Notes under the pieces: model-generated
Seen by the model: the letters and a program-made list of their open reading frames with translations, nothing else
Told to the model about the DNA's origin: nothing
Database searches by the model: none
Assembly (NCBI RefSeq): GCF_964213995.1
Contig: NC_135807.1
Location: forward strand, 91,884,001-91,948,000
Origin: Mustelus asterias
Lineage: Eukaryota
Direction of reading: 5' to 3'
Length of the DNA stretch: 64,000 bases
Translations under genes and position numbers: made by a program
In this document: piece after piece, positions 1 to 13,142 of the stretch
Layout of the letters: each line of letters begins with the position of its first letter
Position numbering within the stretch: position 1 is the first letter of the stretch

Positions 1-587
1 AATAATATCTTCACATTTTCAGCTGAATTTAGCAATTCCAACAAAGCGGTATAATTTAACTTTAATTTTGCAGGAAATCTGCAATTTGACCAGAAAACTG
101 TTTTTTTTTTTCTTTTCACACATCATGAAGCTCATTCTTAAACACTAATTAAAATTCTGCGACCATCTACTGTTCCAAAGTAAAATTACAACTACTGTAG
201 CATCACGTGTGGCTTGATGGAAATGTTTAAACAAGTTTAATTAAAACATTTTTTCTGATTTGTGTATGGATTGAATCTGTCACATGAAACTAATCAAATG
301 ACGCAAAAGCTTCAGAGTATGGAGACATAGAAACCTTGTTTCACAGCACATCAACTACCATATACAAGACTAATCCTTTCACTTGCATCATATAGTTTAA
401 CCAAATAGTTTGGGAATGTTGCCATTTATCTTAAAAAAGACTGTTTGGAACATTATTTGAACAGGGGTAACAAATAAATCTGATGCCCTATAGCATCTTA
501 TGTATCGAAAGTGACAACCAAGGGTAATATTGAACTTGATGTTTGAAATTAATGTAGAAAAATGTTTAAATCACAACACAGGTGATT

Positions 588-1141
588 AATCATAGAATCC
601 CTACAGAGCAGGAGGTGGCCATTCGGCCCATCTTGTCTGCACCAACTCTTACCCAGCTTATCCCTGTATTTACAAAAAGAGAAAACACTGGAAAATCTCA
701 GCAGATCTGGCAGCATCTGTAAGGAGAGAAAAGAGCTGACCTTTCGAGTCCAGATGACCCTTTGTCAAAGCTTGTCCTTTGTCAAAGCCTTTGTCAGCTC
801 TTTTCTCTCCTTACAGATGCTGCCAGATGAGCTGAGATTTTCCAGCATTTTCTCTTTTTGTTTCAGATTCCAGCATCCGCAATAATTTGCTTTTATTCCT
901 GTATTTACCCTGCTAATCCCCCGAACCTAAATACCTTGGGACACTATGGGCAATTTAGCAATGCCAATCCACCTAACCTGCACATCTTTGGACGGTGGGA
1001 GAAAACCAGAACAGACGGAGGAACCCCACACAGACATGGGGAGAACGTGCAAACTCCACACAGTCACCCGAGGCTGCAATTGAACCTGGGTCCCTGGCGC
1101 TGTGAGGTAGCAGTGCTACCAACTGTGCCACCATGCCACCC
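588..1141 (-). mobile_element. HE1-like V-SINE (CR1-type tail), interrupted by a PLE insertion at 674-897
   Basis: tRNA-like head (rc GGTGGCATGGTGGCACAGTTGG...GGTTCAATTG), central core and GGGCCGAATGGCC...ATTCTATGATT tail shared with other copies. Confidence 0.9.
674..897. mobile_element. Penelope-like pLTR fold-back fragment with degenerate hammerhead
   Basis: Inverted arms ~673-740 and ~793-860; flanked by direct repeat cctgtatttac (663-673, 898-908); minus strand TTGACAA-AGGGTC ATCTG GACTC-GAAA-GGTC. Confidence 0.8.
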
Positions 1142-1421
1142 ATTAATTGGATGGGATTTTCTAGTCCTTCCTGCAGGTATAGAAATTGAATATTTTGCAT
1201 GCAAACTCTTTAGTATAAAGAATACCAAAGTTGTATGTAATATGTAATGTGAGTGTAAATCCCCACATAGGAGAATATCTTGTTGAGCTGTTGAAATTTG
1301 CTAAATACATTACAAGAAAAAAAACACACAAACTGCAACTATCATATAATCACAAAATCAGACCAAATGCTGAAGCAAGAGGTTCTGTGGTCACATTACA
1401 GTCAATGCAAAAGAATATTTA

Positions 1422-1712
<291 letters not shown>

Positions 1713-2609
1713 TTATCTTTAAGATACAACAACTTGTGATGGTTTTATTCATAGACAAACTATTCAAAATTATGTTTTATGCTTTTGATTTCCAATATAC
1801 CGTTCACATTATCATCTCAACATCACTGAATCTCATTTTTCTTAAAATCACTGATTCCTAAACATATCACACTTGGATGAAAAATACTGGAGGATATTTT
1901 AAGATTCCAGCATAGAGCTCTGCATGGCTGCAGCACATATCATACATTTCAGCACTGAGGTTAAGCTGCATACCCTGCAAACTTATTCCATTCATTAAAA
2001 TCACAAACCCATTATTTTTGTCAGTTAGCACTGGAACTATTGTGCCTTTCCAGCATTTTCTGCTTTTAGCAACAATATTATTTTTATATAGGAGCTTGAT
2101 GGCATACTTTATTATTCACTCATGTTCTTATGTTCAAATTTTCAAATGGAATAAAAAGAAAAATAAACCTACAATTTCATCTCAGTTAAGGTCAATGAAC
2201 CACATAAGCATTGGCTCAGATGATTTATTGTGGTTTACTGCTTTTTTCTTTACGCCAAACTTTGAAAAGACCTTACAAGATGCCCTTTTGCTTTGATTTC
2301 TCCTGAGAGACTGTTACGTTGCAATGCCATTATTAGCCACTACAATTGCAACCTGTCAACTTCACATTTCATGCTTTTCTCTCAATGGGAATGTAATTGT
2401 CCTCGGCTCATCACCTTCTCGCAACATAGGTCGGGTTATAACACAGCAGCACTTGAATCACTCCTGTGCCCAGTACGTCTAACGTAAGCTGTGCTCTGTC
2501 ATACTGTTTAACTGTTCATTCTGCTCTCGTATGTTTCTGCCTGTTGCAGAATAAATAAGAGACACACAGGCGAGTTTTGCAAAGTAAGATTCTCGTTTGA
2601 CAAAAAAGC

Positions 2610-2935
2610 TTTTTTAAAAATTTGTTCATGGGTCGGGCCTCGCCTCATTTATTGTGCATCCTTGAGGGCAATTAAGAATCAACCTCATTGTTGTGGATCT
2701 GGAATCACATGTAAGCCAGAACAAGGAAGGATGGCAGATTTCCTTACCTAAAGGACATTAGTGAATGGATTTTTATGACAATCGACATGATGGTCATCAT
2801 TAGACCTTTAATTCCAGATTTTTATTGAATTCAAATTTCACTATCTGCCGTGGTGGGATTTGAACTTGGGTCCAGTACATCATGCTGGGTCTCTGGATTA
2901 CTAGTCCAGTGACAATACCAATATGCCATCACCTA
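2610..2935 (-). mobile_element. tRNA-derived SINE (second family)
   Basis: rc head GGTGATGGCATATTGGTATTG...AGTTCAAATCCCACCACGGCAG; similar copies at 29680-29970 and 42285-42415. Confidence 0.75.
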
Positions 2936-4039
2936 CTCTCCCAATTTGAGCGTTGGACATGGTGAACAGCACAATTCATAGAACACCAGATTGTCTGGTC
3001 AATAAAATGAACTGAAGTGGAGCTTCACAAATCAAGAACTCTGGCCTGTACAATCCCATCATCGGCACATTCCCACAAAATGTACCTGCAGTGAGAGCCG
3101 AGATAACATAATTTTTAAATGCTGAAGACTTAATGCACAAGTGTGCTTTTTTTCTCCCCCAGTCCAACAACTTCCCATGTACTTTAACCGGAATACATGC
3201 TAAACTTAATCCCTCCAACTTCATCATAAATGCAAATAAAGATGGAACTCTTTCAGTTTTTCACCAATTCTGCCAAGGTAGAAAGGAATGAGGACAATCC
3301 TTTGCTAATGAATGTTCAGGCAAAGAATGCAGTGGTTCGGCAAAGTTAAATAAATGTTGAAAGAACATGACCTCAAAGTTCAATTCTATTAATTCTGAAA
3401 CCATGACTGTTTAGATAGCAAATGTAATCTTCTTTCTAAATGAACTTGACAAGTAATCAGACAGCAGACTGGGTCACAGTAATCATCATCATACATTTAG
3501 TCTCGTCAGCTGTAAGAGGTGCAGAGTTGTAAATATTTAGTCCCTGCCAAAGTGACGATAAGATTTACAGGATGGGAACTTGTTTTACTAATGAGCTTAT
3601 CGTCCATTACAATATTGATGTTCCAATTTTGTCTTCTGCTGTAATAGCCAGATCTGGTAAAGGCACTTTCATCCTTATTCTGCTCACCATTTAACCTTCC
3701 ATTGTTCCCAGTAACTGGACCATTTTAAAAGCTAGCAATTGTTGATCCCTCTGTTCTTTAGTGTCACTGTGAAATATCCCATTTGTACCATCAAGCATGA
3801 TGGAAAGGAATGTTTCCCCAGGAATTTTTCCAAGACAGCAGTCAGCTGATCCAACATCCTCTCTGAGAACTAAAAACCAAATAGAACCAGTAACTGGTCT
3901 ATGTGAAATCTTAGCACAACCCAGCAATTTCAACCAACCAAGAGGTCACATCAATTAAATGCTATTATCCATGTTATAATCTTCATTCAATGACCGTCTG
4001 TTCCCTAAAATTTATCCAAGTGTACCCATGTTTCAGAAA

Positions 4040-4270
4040 TATTTAATAAAAAGTTTACTTATATAGTGCCTTCAATGTAATCTCAAGGCACTTTACAGGA
4101 ATATCCCCAAATTAGGTATCACACCCAGAAAAGCTTGGGCAATAATATAATTTTACAGAGGGGCTTTTGTCGTAAATCAATGTAGAGAGGCAGAAAGGTG
4201 TAGGGAGAGTTTTCTAGAGCTTGGGGCCTAGTCAACTGAAGGCATTAATTGTGGACCAGTTAACACTGGG
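4040..4270 (-). mobile_element. L2-type LINE 3' end remnant
   Basis: acttatatagtgccttcaatgtaa...aggtgtagggagagttttctagagcttggggccta resembles a reverse-complemented L2 tail. Confidence 0.5.
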
Positions 4271-4324
4271 GATGAACCTCTCTGCTTGACTGTTTAGGGT
4301 TGGTTCAATAGCACATGTGTATCA

Positions 4325-6450
4325 GAACATAAGAAATAGGAGCAGGTGTAGGCACTTCAGTCCTTTGAACCTGCTCTGTCATTCAATACATGGCTGATTT
4401 CATCTCAGCCGCAACTCCACTTTCCTGCCATTACTATCTATCTCCTCCATAAAATTAACTTAATGCTGTAACATCCACCGCACTCTGGGATAGTGAATTC
4501 CACAGATTCACGACCCTTTGAGAGAAGTAATTCCTCCTGATTTCTGTTTTAAATCTGCTACCCTTTATCCGAAAACTATGACCTCTTGTTTTAGCTTGTG
4601 CCACAAGAAGAAACATCCTCTCTACGTCTACCCTGTGAATCCCCTTTATCATTTTATATACCTCAATTAGATCGCCTCTCATTCTTTGGGGAGTATAGGC
4701 TGAAACTGCCCAATCTCTCTTCACAATACAAACCCCTCATCTCTGAAATCAATCTAATGAACCACCTCTGAACTGCCCCCAATGCAACCTCATCCCCCCT
4801 TAAATAAGGGGACCAAAATTGCATACAGTATTCCAGATGCAGTCTCACTAATACCTTGTACAGTGGCAGCAACACTTTCCTACTTGTATACTCTAAAAAT
4901 AAATGCCGAAATTCTATTTCATTTACTTATTACCTGCTGTACCAGCATACTAGTTTTCTGTGATTCATGCACACGAGGACATCCAAATCCCTTTGCACCA
5001 ACACACTCTGAAGTTTCTTTCCATTTAGATAACAAGTTGTTTTCCAAGTTTTCCAACTAAAATGGATAACCCCACACTTATCCACGTTAAACTCCGTCTG
5101 CCAAATTTTGACCCATTTACCGAACCTTTCCATGTCTATTTGTAAATTTCTTATTTCTTTATTGCAACTTACAATCCCACCTATTTTAGTGTCATCTGCA
5201 AATGTGCTGTAGTAGTACCTTCAATCTCTGCATCCAAGTCATTAATATAGATTGTAAATTGTTAAAGTCCTGAGGACTGAATCTGTGGCACACCACGAGT
5301 TCCATCTTGCTAACCAGAAAAAGAAATATTTGATCCCGACTCTCTGCTTTTTGTTGGTTAGCCAGTTCTCTATCCAAGCTAATAAACTACCCCTCATCTC
5401 ATGTGATCTTATCTTGTGTATTAGCCTTTTGTAAGGCACCTTATCAAACGTCTTCTGGAAGTTCAGATGTATCACATCTACAGAATCCCCTTAATCCACT
5501 TTGCTTGTTAGAACTTCAAAAAAATTAGCAAATTAGCCAAACAAACCATGCTGACTCTGATGGATTGTGTTTTGACTTTCCAAATGTCATTACTTCCTTA
5601 ATAATGGATTCTAACAATTTTCCAACAACAGATGGTAAACTAACAGATCCATAGTTTCCTACTTTCTGCCTCCCTCCCTTTTTGGATAAGGGTATTATAT
5701 TAGCATTTTTCAAATCTACTGGAACTTTTCCCACATCCAGTGAATTTTGGAATATTATAATTAATTGACCCACTGTCACCACTGCCACTTCAAGCCCCTC
5801 AAATTTAGGCCATTAGGCCCTTCAAACTTATCTGCCTTCAATCCCAATAGTTGCTCAGTACTTTCTCTTGCCACTCCTGAGTGAAGATGATTGATCTAAG
5901 TTCCTCCCTTTCCATAACCTCGAAATTACCTGTAAATATTTGAATGGTACTAATGTCTGCCATCACAAAAATTGAAGCAAAATACTGATTCAGTGTCTGC
6001 CTTTTTGGTGTTCCTCCCATTAACTCCCCAGTCACACCTCCAAGGGACCAACATTCACTTTAGTTGCTCTCTTTCCTTTCCTCTACTCAGAAACTTTAGC
6101 TACCCTTTTTTATGTTTTGCGCTAGTTTTCTTTCATAATTTACCTTTGCTGCTCTTTTCATTACTTTTTTAGTAACCCTTAGTTGATCTTTAACAGTCTC
6201 CCAGTCTTCCTACAATATGTTGTGTGTCAGTTTTTGTCTTTATATTATTTTTAACTTCCTTGCTTAGCCATGGATGTTTTTTCCTCCTCTCAGTATTTCT
6301 TCCTCTCTGGAAAATATTTTAGTTGGAAGGAATTGAGTATCGCCTTAAACATTTGCCACTGCTCATCCACTGTCCTATCTTTTAGTCTTCCTGCCCAGTT
6401 CACGAGAGCCAAAGCTGTACTCATGCCTACGTAGTTACCTTTGTTTAACT
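4325..6450 (-). mobile_element. CR1/HER1 LINE, decayed ORF2 (RT) plus 3' end
   Basis: Frameshifted ORF pieces FQKTFDKVP, GKVPVDLKNANIIP, RLHLEYCMQFWSP, RGDLIEVYK...VVNLWNSL; CR1 tail at 4325. Confidence 0.92.
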
Positions 6451-7149
6451 CCAAGATGCTGGATGAATAACCCTCATAGCATGTGAGCTCTCTTATGGCC
6501 ACATGTCTTCTGCCCAGCTAACCTAATGCCACACCTTCCCCAGGCTAGTTCCTTGGGACCAAGTGCCACTGCCCATCCATGAAACTGGCAGCACAGCCCT
6601 CGGTGCTGGCAACTTTACCTGCTTCTGCCAAGGTACAACAATGCCCTCAATTTACCATCCTCCCTTCCACCACACATTGACTCTAGATTGCAGGCTGGCA
6701 AAGACTGAAACCATATGTCTCAGCTTCCTTCTTTCACCAGGCAGGCCTTTGAAGACACCTGGCCTCAAGAGCCATTGATAAAATTAGAAATGTGCTGTAA
6801 AAAAGTTTAAATATCTGAATCGATGTCCCCCATATCAAGTCCTTCCTCCATGGAAAAATCCAGAAGCTATATAATGACATTGAACTTCTGACCAAACGCA
6901 GCACCCTGTTACCCCCACCACTTCTAAAGTTGTTGCAAGTTGGCCAGGTCAAATTCCAGCCATTGACTCCGCCGGAGACAACATCACCTTTATCTCCTAT
7001 TGAAGCCAACTCCCATAATGATTCCAGGCTCCTCTGATATACTAACTTTGCTTGTGGAAACCAGGACATAATATCAGAGGGAAACAACAAGACGCACAGT
7101 ATAACTGGGGCAGATCAATAGCACAAAAATAGGGAATAGTAAGTTAATA

Positions 7150-8300
7150 GGTGAGGGTCAGAGGAAGGGAGAAAGTAATAAAGTCAAAATGAGGCTTACT
7201 GTGTCTGTAGGTGAATGCACGGAGTGTGGTAAATAAGATTGGTGAGGTACAGATGCAGATTGCCATATCATAGAAATCATAGAAACCCTACAGTACAGAA
7301 GGAGGCCATTCGGCCCATCGAGTCTGCACCGACCACAATCCCACCCAGGCCCTACCCCCACATATTTTTACCCGCTAATCCCTCTAACTACGCATCTCAG
7401 GGACAATTTTTAACCTAGCCAATCAACCTAACCCGCACATCTTTGGACTGTGGGAGGAAACCGGAGCACCCGGAGGAAACCCACGCAGACACAAGGAGAA
7501 TGTGCAAACTCCACACAGACAGTGATCCGAGCCGGGAATCGAACCCGGGACCCTGGAGCTGTGAAGCAGCAGTGCTAACCACTGTGCTACCGTGCCGCCA
7601 TATGGTGTTGTGTCTATAAAGAGACTTGGCTGAAAGAATGGCAGGACTAGGTGTTAAATATTCCTGGATACAAGATGTTCAGGAGAGGAGCAAAAAGGGG
7701 GAGAGATGGCAGTACAAATTAAGGAGAACATTGCAGTACTGGAGGAAGAGCATGCCCCAGAGGGGTGAACAATCTATTTGGCTGGGGCTAAAGGACAAAA
7801 AAAGCTGTGCGTAGTCTATAGGCCATCTAGCAAGAGTGATATAGAAGAACAAGTTCGTGAGGAAATTACAAAGAGGCTCCAAAAATCAGAGTTGTTATAA
7901 TGGGGGACTTTAATCACTCAAATATAGACTGGAATAGTAGAAGTGTAAAGAGCAGAGCAAAGCAAGAACTTCTGGAGCGTGTTCAGGAAACTTTACTGCA
8001 GTGGTGCCTTTCCAGTCGAATGAGAAAAGAGGCACCACCAGGCCTGGTTCTTGGGAGTGAAGTGTGACCAGTGGATCGAGTGGTGGCAGGAGAACATTTA
8101 TGGACAGTGATCATTGTATGTTTGACCATGGAAAATGACAAAGGACAATCCAGAACAAGAATAATTAACTGAGAAAAAGACAACTTCAGTTGGGTAAGAA
8201 CGCATCTGGGCCAAATAAATTCTAGTCAGAAATTGGCTGCAATAACAATAGCTGAACAATGGGCTACCTTCAAAGAAGAGATAGTCCCTCGAATGGGAAA
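7150..8300 (+). mobile_element. CR1 LINE ORF2 endonuclease-region fragment, split by a SINE
   Basis: Encodes VNARSVVNK, ETWL and IMGDFN motifs of the APE endonuclease, with stops. Confidence 0.8.
7269..7599 (-). mobile_element. Full-length young HE1-like V-SINE
   Basis: A box (TAGCACAGTGG) and B box (GGTTCGATTCC) intact, CpG-rich; TSD gccatat at 7262-7268 and 7597-7603. Confidence 0.95.
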
Positions 8301-8746
8301 AGCAGGGAAAACATCAATCAAAACCACTGAAGGTCTGAAAACCCTCACCCCTTTTGAACATTGCAGCTGTAAGAAGATTTCAACTTACTAAATGGGATTA
8401 CTCCTTGCCTTATTTGGAAGATGGCATTTTGCCCAGATCACATGGTATAGTGACCATCTCAGCTCTCTACTAAATATATAGAGGAACATTCAAACTACAG
8501 TGTGCATAACCCCAGGAAGGATCCTGTAAACAACTTCAGAGAGGCTCTTGACCAAGGAAGGACAAAGAGGAAGGTTTTAAGAAATCAACTGTTGTTTCTG
8601 CTGAAAAAGTTCAGGCAATCTACAAATACGATAAGCAAAAATTAGTGAGGAATAGGAACATTTCTCTCTCTCCTAAAAACCTTCTGACCTCCTAGAACCA
8701 CCTGAAAAAGGCAAAACACTGATTGAACCGTGGCTGACTGGTGTCA

Positions 8747-9065
8747 GGGTGGCACAGTGGTTAGCACTGTTGCTTCACAGCGCCAGAGACCCGGGTTCAA
8801 TTCCTGGCTTGGGTCACTGTCTGTGTGGAGTTTGCACATTCTCCTCGTGTCCGCGTGCGTTTCCTCTGGGTGCTTTGGTTTCTCCCACAGTCCAAAGATG
8901 TGTGGGTTAGATGGATTGGCCATGCTAAATTGCCCCCTAGTGTCAGGAGAACTAGCTAGGCTAAATGCATGGGGTTATGGGGACAGGGCCTGGGTGGGAG
9001 TGTGGTCGGTGCAGACTCAATGGGCCAAATGGCCTCCTTCTGCACTGTAGGATTCTTTGATTCTA
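8747..9065 (+). mobile_element. HE1-like V-SINE
   Basis: GGTGGCACAGTGGTTAGCACTG...GGGTTCAATTCC...TGGGCCAAATGGCCTCCTTCTGCACTGTAGGATTCT. Confidence 0.92.
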
Positions 9066-9166
9066 ATTGTAAAAGCGATTGCAGCTACAAACAGAACCTA
9101 TCCTTCATTTCAGAAAGAAGGAAATTAAGCAATGGATCTTCAATGCTATCTCACAGACTGACTTGA

Positions 9167-9752
9167 AAGCTCCTGAGGCTGTATAAGGAGCTGGTCAGAC
9201 CCCATTTGGAGTATTGTGAGCAGTTTTGGGCCCCGTATCTAAGGAAGGATGTGCTGGCTTTGGAAAGGGTCCAGAGGAGGTTCATAAGAATGATCCCTAG
9301 AATGAAGACCTTGTTGTATGAGGAACAGTTGAGGACTCTGGGTCTATACTTGTTGGAGTTTAGAAGAATAAGGGGGGCTCTTATTGAAACTTACAAGATA
9401 CTGCGAGGCTTGGATAGAGTGGATGTGGAGAGGATGTTTCCACTCGTAGGAAAAACTAGAACCAGAGGGCACAACCTCACACTAAAGGGACAATCCTTTA
9501 AAACGGAGATGAGGAGGAATTTCTTCAGCCAGAGAGTGGTGAATCTGTGGAACTCTTTGCTGCAGAAGGCTGTGGAGGCCAGGTCATTGAGTGTCTGCAA
9601 AATGGAGATAGATAGGTTCTTGATTAATAAGGGGATCGGGGGTTATGGGGAAAAGGCAGAAGAATGGGAATGAGAAAAATATCAGCCATGATTGAATGGT
9701 GAGTGGACTCGATGGGCCGAGTGGCCTAATTCTGCTCCTATGTCTTATGGAC
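9167..9752 (+). mobile_element. CR1 LINE 5'-truncated 3' fragment
   Basis: ORF 9206-9673 LEYCEQFWAP...LERVQRRF...VVNLWNSL; tail GGGCCGAGTGGCCTAATTCTGCTCCTATGTCTTATG. Confidence 0.93.
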
Positions 9753-9854
9753 TCCAATGCAGGGTTGTGGAGAGTTGGAGCCTAACCTGACAAACAATAG
9801 GGAGAGGCAGGGTACACTCAGCAGAGGACCAGTCCATCAAAGGGCACACACTCA

Positions 9855-10040
9855 CACTAAGGGGCAATTTATCATGGCCTATTCACCTAATCTGTATGTC
9901 TTTAGACTGTGGGAGGAAACTGGAGCATCCAGAGGAAACCCAAACAGACACAGGGAGAATGTGCAAACTACACACAGACAGTTACCCAAGGCCAGCATTG
10001 AATCTGAGTTCCTGGGGATGTGAGGCAGCAAAGCTAATCA
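9855..10040 (-). mobile_element. HE1-like SINE partial (head and core)
   Basis: cactaaggggcaattt...gactgtgggaggaaac...tgaggcagca. Confidence 0.8.
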
Positions 10041-10494
10041 CTGTACCGTCATGCTAACCTATCTTGTTAAAAGTAAAGTTAGCCTGCTTGTTTTCTTTTT
10101 AATTGAACTACTCATAAATTGTTGAAGATGGGCTACATACACAAATACAAAAAGATTTAGCTCATGGACCACTTTAAGGAAATTGTTATGTAGGGGCTGT
10201 TATAACATTGTCAAGAGATTTCAGGCTTTGTTCGGAACAAAGGCTATTTATTGCTACAGCTTTTGACTGTCCTGGAGCAGAGCTCCAATTCACATGTTTA
10301 TAACCTGGTTCCAGAAGTAAAATGCCTGGCTCTCTCTCTCTCTGGTGTGATCGCTCACTCTCAGGGTTCTCATTGATCCCTCAAGTCAGGTGACCCTCTT
10401 ATGCTGTACTGTCTTAAAGAGACAGATACCACATCCACATCCACAACAGATATGACTTCGACTTGGTTGTGACACTAAGCATGTCCACCTCATG

Positions 10495-10788
10495 AGGGTG
10501 GACATGTCTGCTACGAGAGGACACAGGTTTAAGGTGCTGGGGGGTAGGTACAGGGGAGATGTTATGGGGAAGTTTTTCACACAGAGGGTGGTGGGCGAGT
10601 GGAATCGGCTGCCGTCAATGGTGGTGGAGGCGAACTCAATAGGGTCTTTTAAGAGACTCCTGGATGAGTACATAGGATGGAGGGTTATAGGTAGGTCTAG
10701 AAGGTAGGGATGTGTTCGGCACAACTTGTGGGCCGAAGGGCCTGTTTGTGCTGTAGTTTTTCTATGTTTTCTATGTTTCTATGTTTCT
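10495..10788 (+). mobile_element. CR1 LINE short 3' end
   Basis: TRGHRFKV...FFTQRVVGEWNRLP; GGGCCGAAGGGCCTG hairpin and (TTTCTATG)n tail. Confidence 0.9.
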
Positions 10789-11087
10789 AAAAATCAGTCG
10801 AGGTGGAGCTGCAGCGGGGTTGGGGGGGGGGGGGGTGGTGGGTTGGTGGTGTGGACACCTCGGCCTTTCCATTTTTCCTCATATATCTATTCTTTTAGCC
10901 CTCTGGTTTGGCCCAAGAATTTTTTCCTTTTGTGTTCAGAGCTCTTTTTGCTCTGTTAGAAATCCCTCATCACTTGTATAAATACTGAAATGGCAACTGT
11001 ACTTCTACATCTGGCCTCACAACCCACACTCCCCCTTCACCCTAACAGGCTTCTTCGTGAAGTGAGAAACGCACATGGTTTATTGGT

Positions 11088-11359
11088 TTATTTATTATTG
11101 TCACAAGTAGGCTTACATTAACATTGCAATGAAATTACTGTGAAAATCCTCTCGTCACCACACTCCAGTGCCTGTTCAGGTACACATGGCCAATGCACCT
11201 AACCAGCACATCTTTCGGACTGTGGGAGGAAACCGGAACACTCAGAGGAACCCCACGCAGACATGGGGAGAACGTGCAGACTCTGCACAGATAGTGAGCC
11301 AAGCCAGGTCCCTGGTGCTGTGAGGCAGCAGTGCTAATCACTGTTCCACCATGCCATCC
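11088..11359 (-). mobile_element. V-SINE variant with alternative (Rex1-like) tail
   Basis: HE1-type head and core, but tail rc ...CAGTAATTTCATTGCAATGTTAATGTAAGCCTACTTGTGACAATAATAAAT. Confidence 0.85.
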
Positions 11360-12269
11360 TGGATGGGAGAAGGTGGAGTCAGAGGGGTGCAGTAGGTGTA
11401 AATGGCAGCTCACCAGAAACCTGCACAAGAAGAATATGAACCCTATTCAGAATCCAGTGTGGGACAAGTTAACAGGACAAATCAGCACCATGAAACAGAC
11501 AGTTTAAAAATATCTTGATTGTGAAATGTGGCAAGGAGCAAATCAGGCACTGAGTGACATCTGGCCTCTTCCATTTCCTGCGGTCCCAACTCATTAAACC
11601 GAGTATCTCAAGTGAAGCATTGCAAAATGTACCCTCGTAAGTTAGCCATCTGAGTGCTATTTTTTCCCTTTCCCTGATTCAACGACTGCTTTTGCTCTGC
11701 TAACATTTTATCTGTGCCAATGAAATAAATTATGGTATACTAGCTGGCACAGAAAGCCTCATATGTCACTCTTATCCTTCTGTCAGATCTGGTATTATAT
11801 CTTGGTTCAATCATGCTCGTTATTCTTCCGTGTCCCAGAAGAAATCTGTCTATTGCTCCTGGCACCTTGATCAATTCAAACCTTTTGGCCAACATCAAAC
11901 TGATTCACTCTCTGGACATGTTAAATTAATGGCACCCTCTTATCATTCCCAAGGTATGTAACTTTGAAGTTACTGCTGGCATATGCCATCTTTTCAATTT
12001 GCCTTTCATTCTTCTACAAAACATGTTCCTGTTCACTAAAGCCTTAGAATAGTAATCCACTTAAGCCTTCCAATTCATCTTTTTTGCCCTTACATTAATA
12101 ATTCTTTAAATGACTTCAGGCTGCTATTAATTGTCAAATTATTTACCACCTTGCAAGTTCCAGTCTGATCTTTTGCATAATTTGTCTGGTGATCATGTTT
12201 CTCTGATGCACACTTCTGGGATACTGCTCTTCAATACTTTGGTTAACTACCTGGCAAGTAGCAGCAGTG

Positions 12270-12548
12270 GCTGCATTGGGAGCATGTTCACTTCTGAATC
12301 ACCAAGTACCAGGTCCACTGCAGGATTTGAGTGCAAAAAACAAGTCTGGCACTCCAGTGCAGCACTGAGGGAGTATTGTATTGTTGGACCTGTTGTCTTT
12401 CCGATAAGATGTTAAACTGTGGCCTGTTCTGTCTGGTTGGGCAGGTGCAAGAGGTTCCATGGCACTATTTTGAAGAAAAGCAGTGGAGTTATCCCAGTGT
12501 CCCAGCAAATATTGATCCCTCAATCAACATCACCAAAACAACATTATT
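12270..12548 (+). mobile_element. DeuSINE (SacSINE1/AmnSINE-like) 5' and central part
   Basis: GCAGCACTGAGGGAGT...GATGTTAAAC...CCATGGCACTATTTTGAAGAAAAGCAG...ATCCCTCAATCAACATCAC matches my recall of the Deu domain. Confidence 0.75.
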
Positions 12549-13142
12549 TTGTGGAATCATGGGGACTCTGTACCTTAGGGCAGACCTCAGGAGACATGCT
12601 GAGATCACATAAAATTCGAAGTATTTGTTACAGACATCGCTATATAAGAAAATTAATTCTCATTCCTAAAAGTCCATTTAATACAATTACATCCCTGAAG
12701 CACTTCAGCGTATCAAAAAACAAACATTTATATTCAAAGACAACTAATTGCTTAATGATCACTTTGAGCTGCCATTCAAACTGTGAATTTGCAGCCCTCC
12801 CCCTCCCCCACCCTCCCCTCCCCCCTTCACTGTGGCGATGGCAGGTTGTGGAAAAAAATAATGAAGTAGTACTTGTTTAATGATAGCACTTGGGTTATAT
12901 CAACAAATAATGAAATTCCAAGCATCATTTTTTTCAATTCACAAACACGGGTAAGATGTTTCAAAATCTAAAGGACAGGGTCGTTAAATAACTTAACAGT
13001 TCCATGCTTTTATCCACCAATTACGAGCATTTACATCCAGCCTGAAAAATAATGTCTCGCATTCTCTGGCCATTCAAGCCCCACCACCGCTGCCAGTGAG
13101 AACAAAGAATTTTGCACTCAACCAAATCTCTGTTCATTAGAA

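Noticed and set aside
7530-7599. tRNA gene
   Set aside because: The A/B boxes belong to the tRNA-derived SINE head; there is no complete cloverleaf and a SINE body follows.
10184-10495. Possible solo LTR starting TGTTATG
   Set aside because: No convincing matching end or TSD could be identified by eye.
11482-11502. REST/NRSE-like ATCAGCACCATGAAACAG
   Set aside because: The right half-site GGACAG is not matched at correct spacing.
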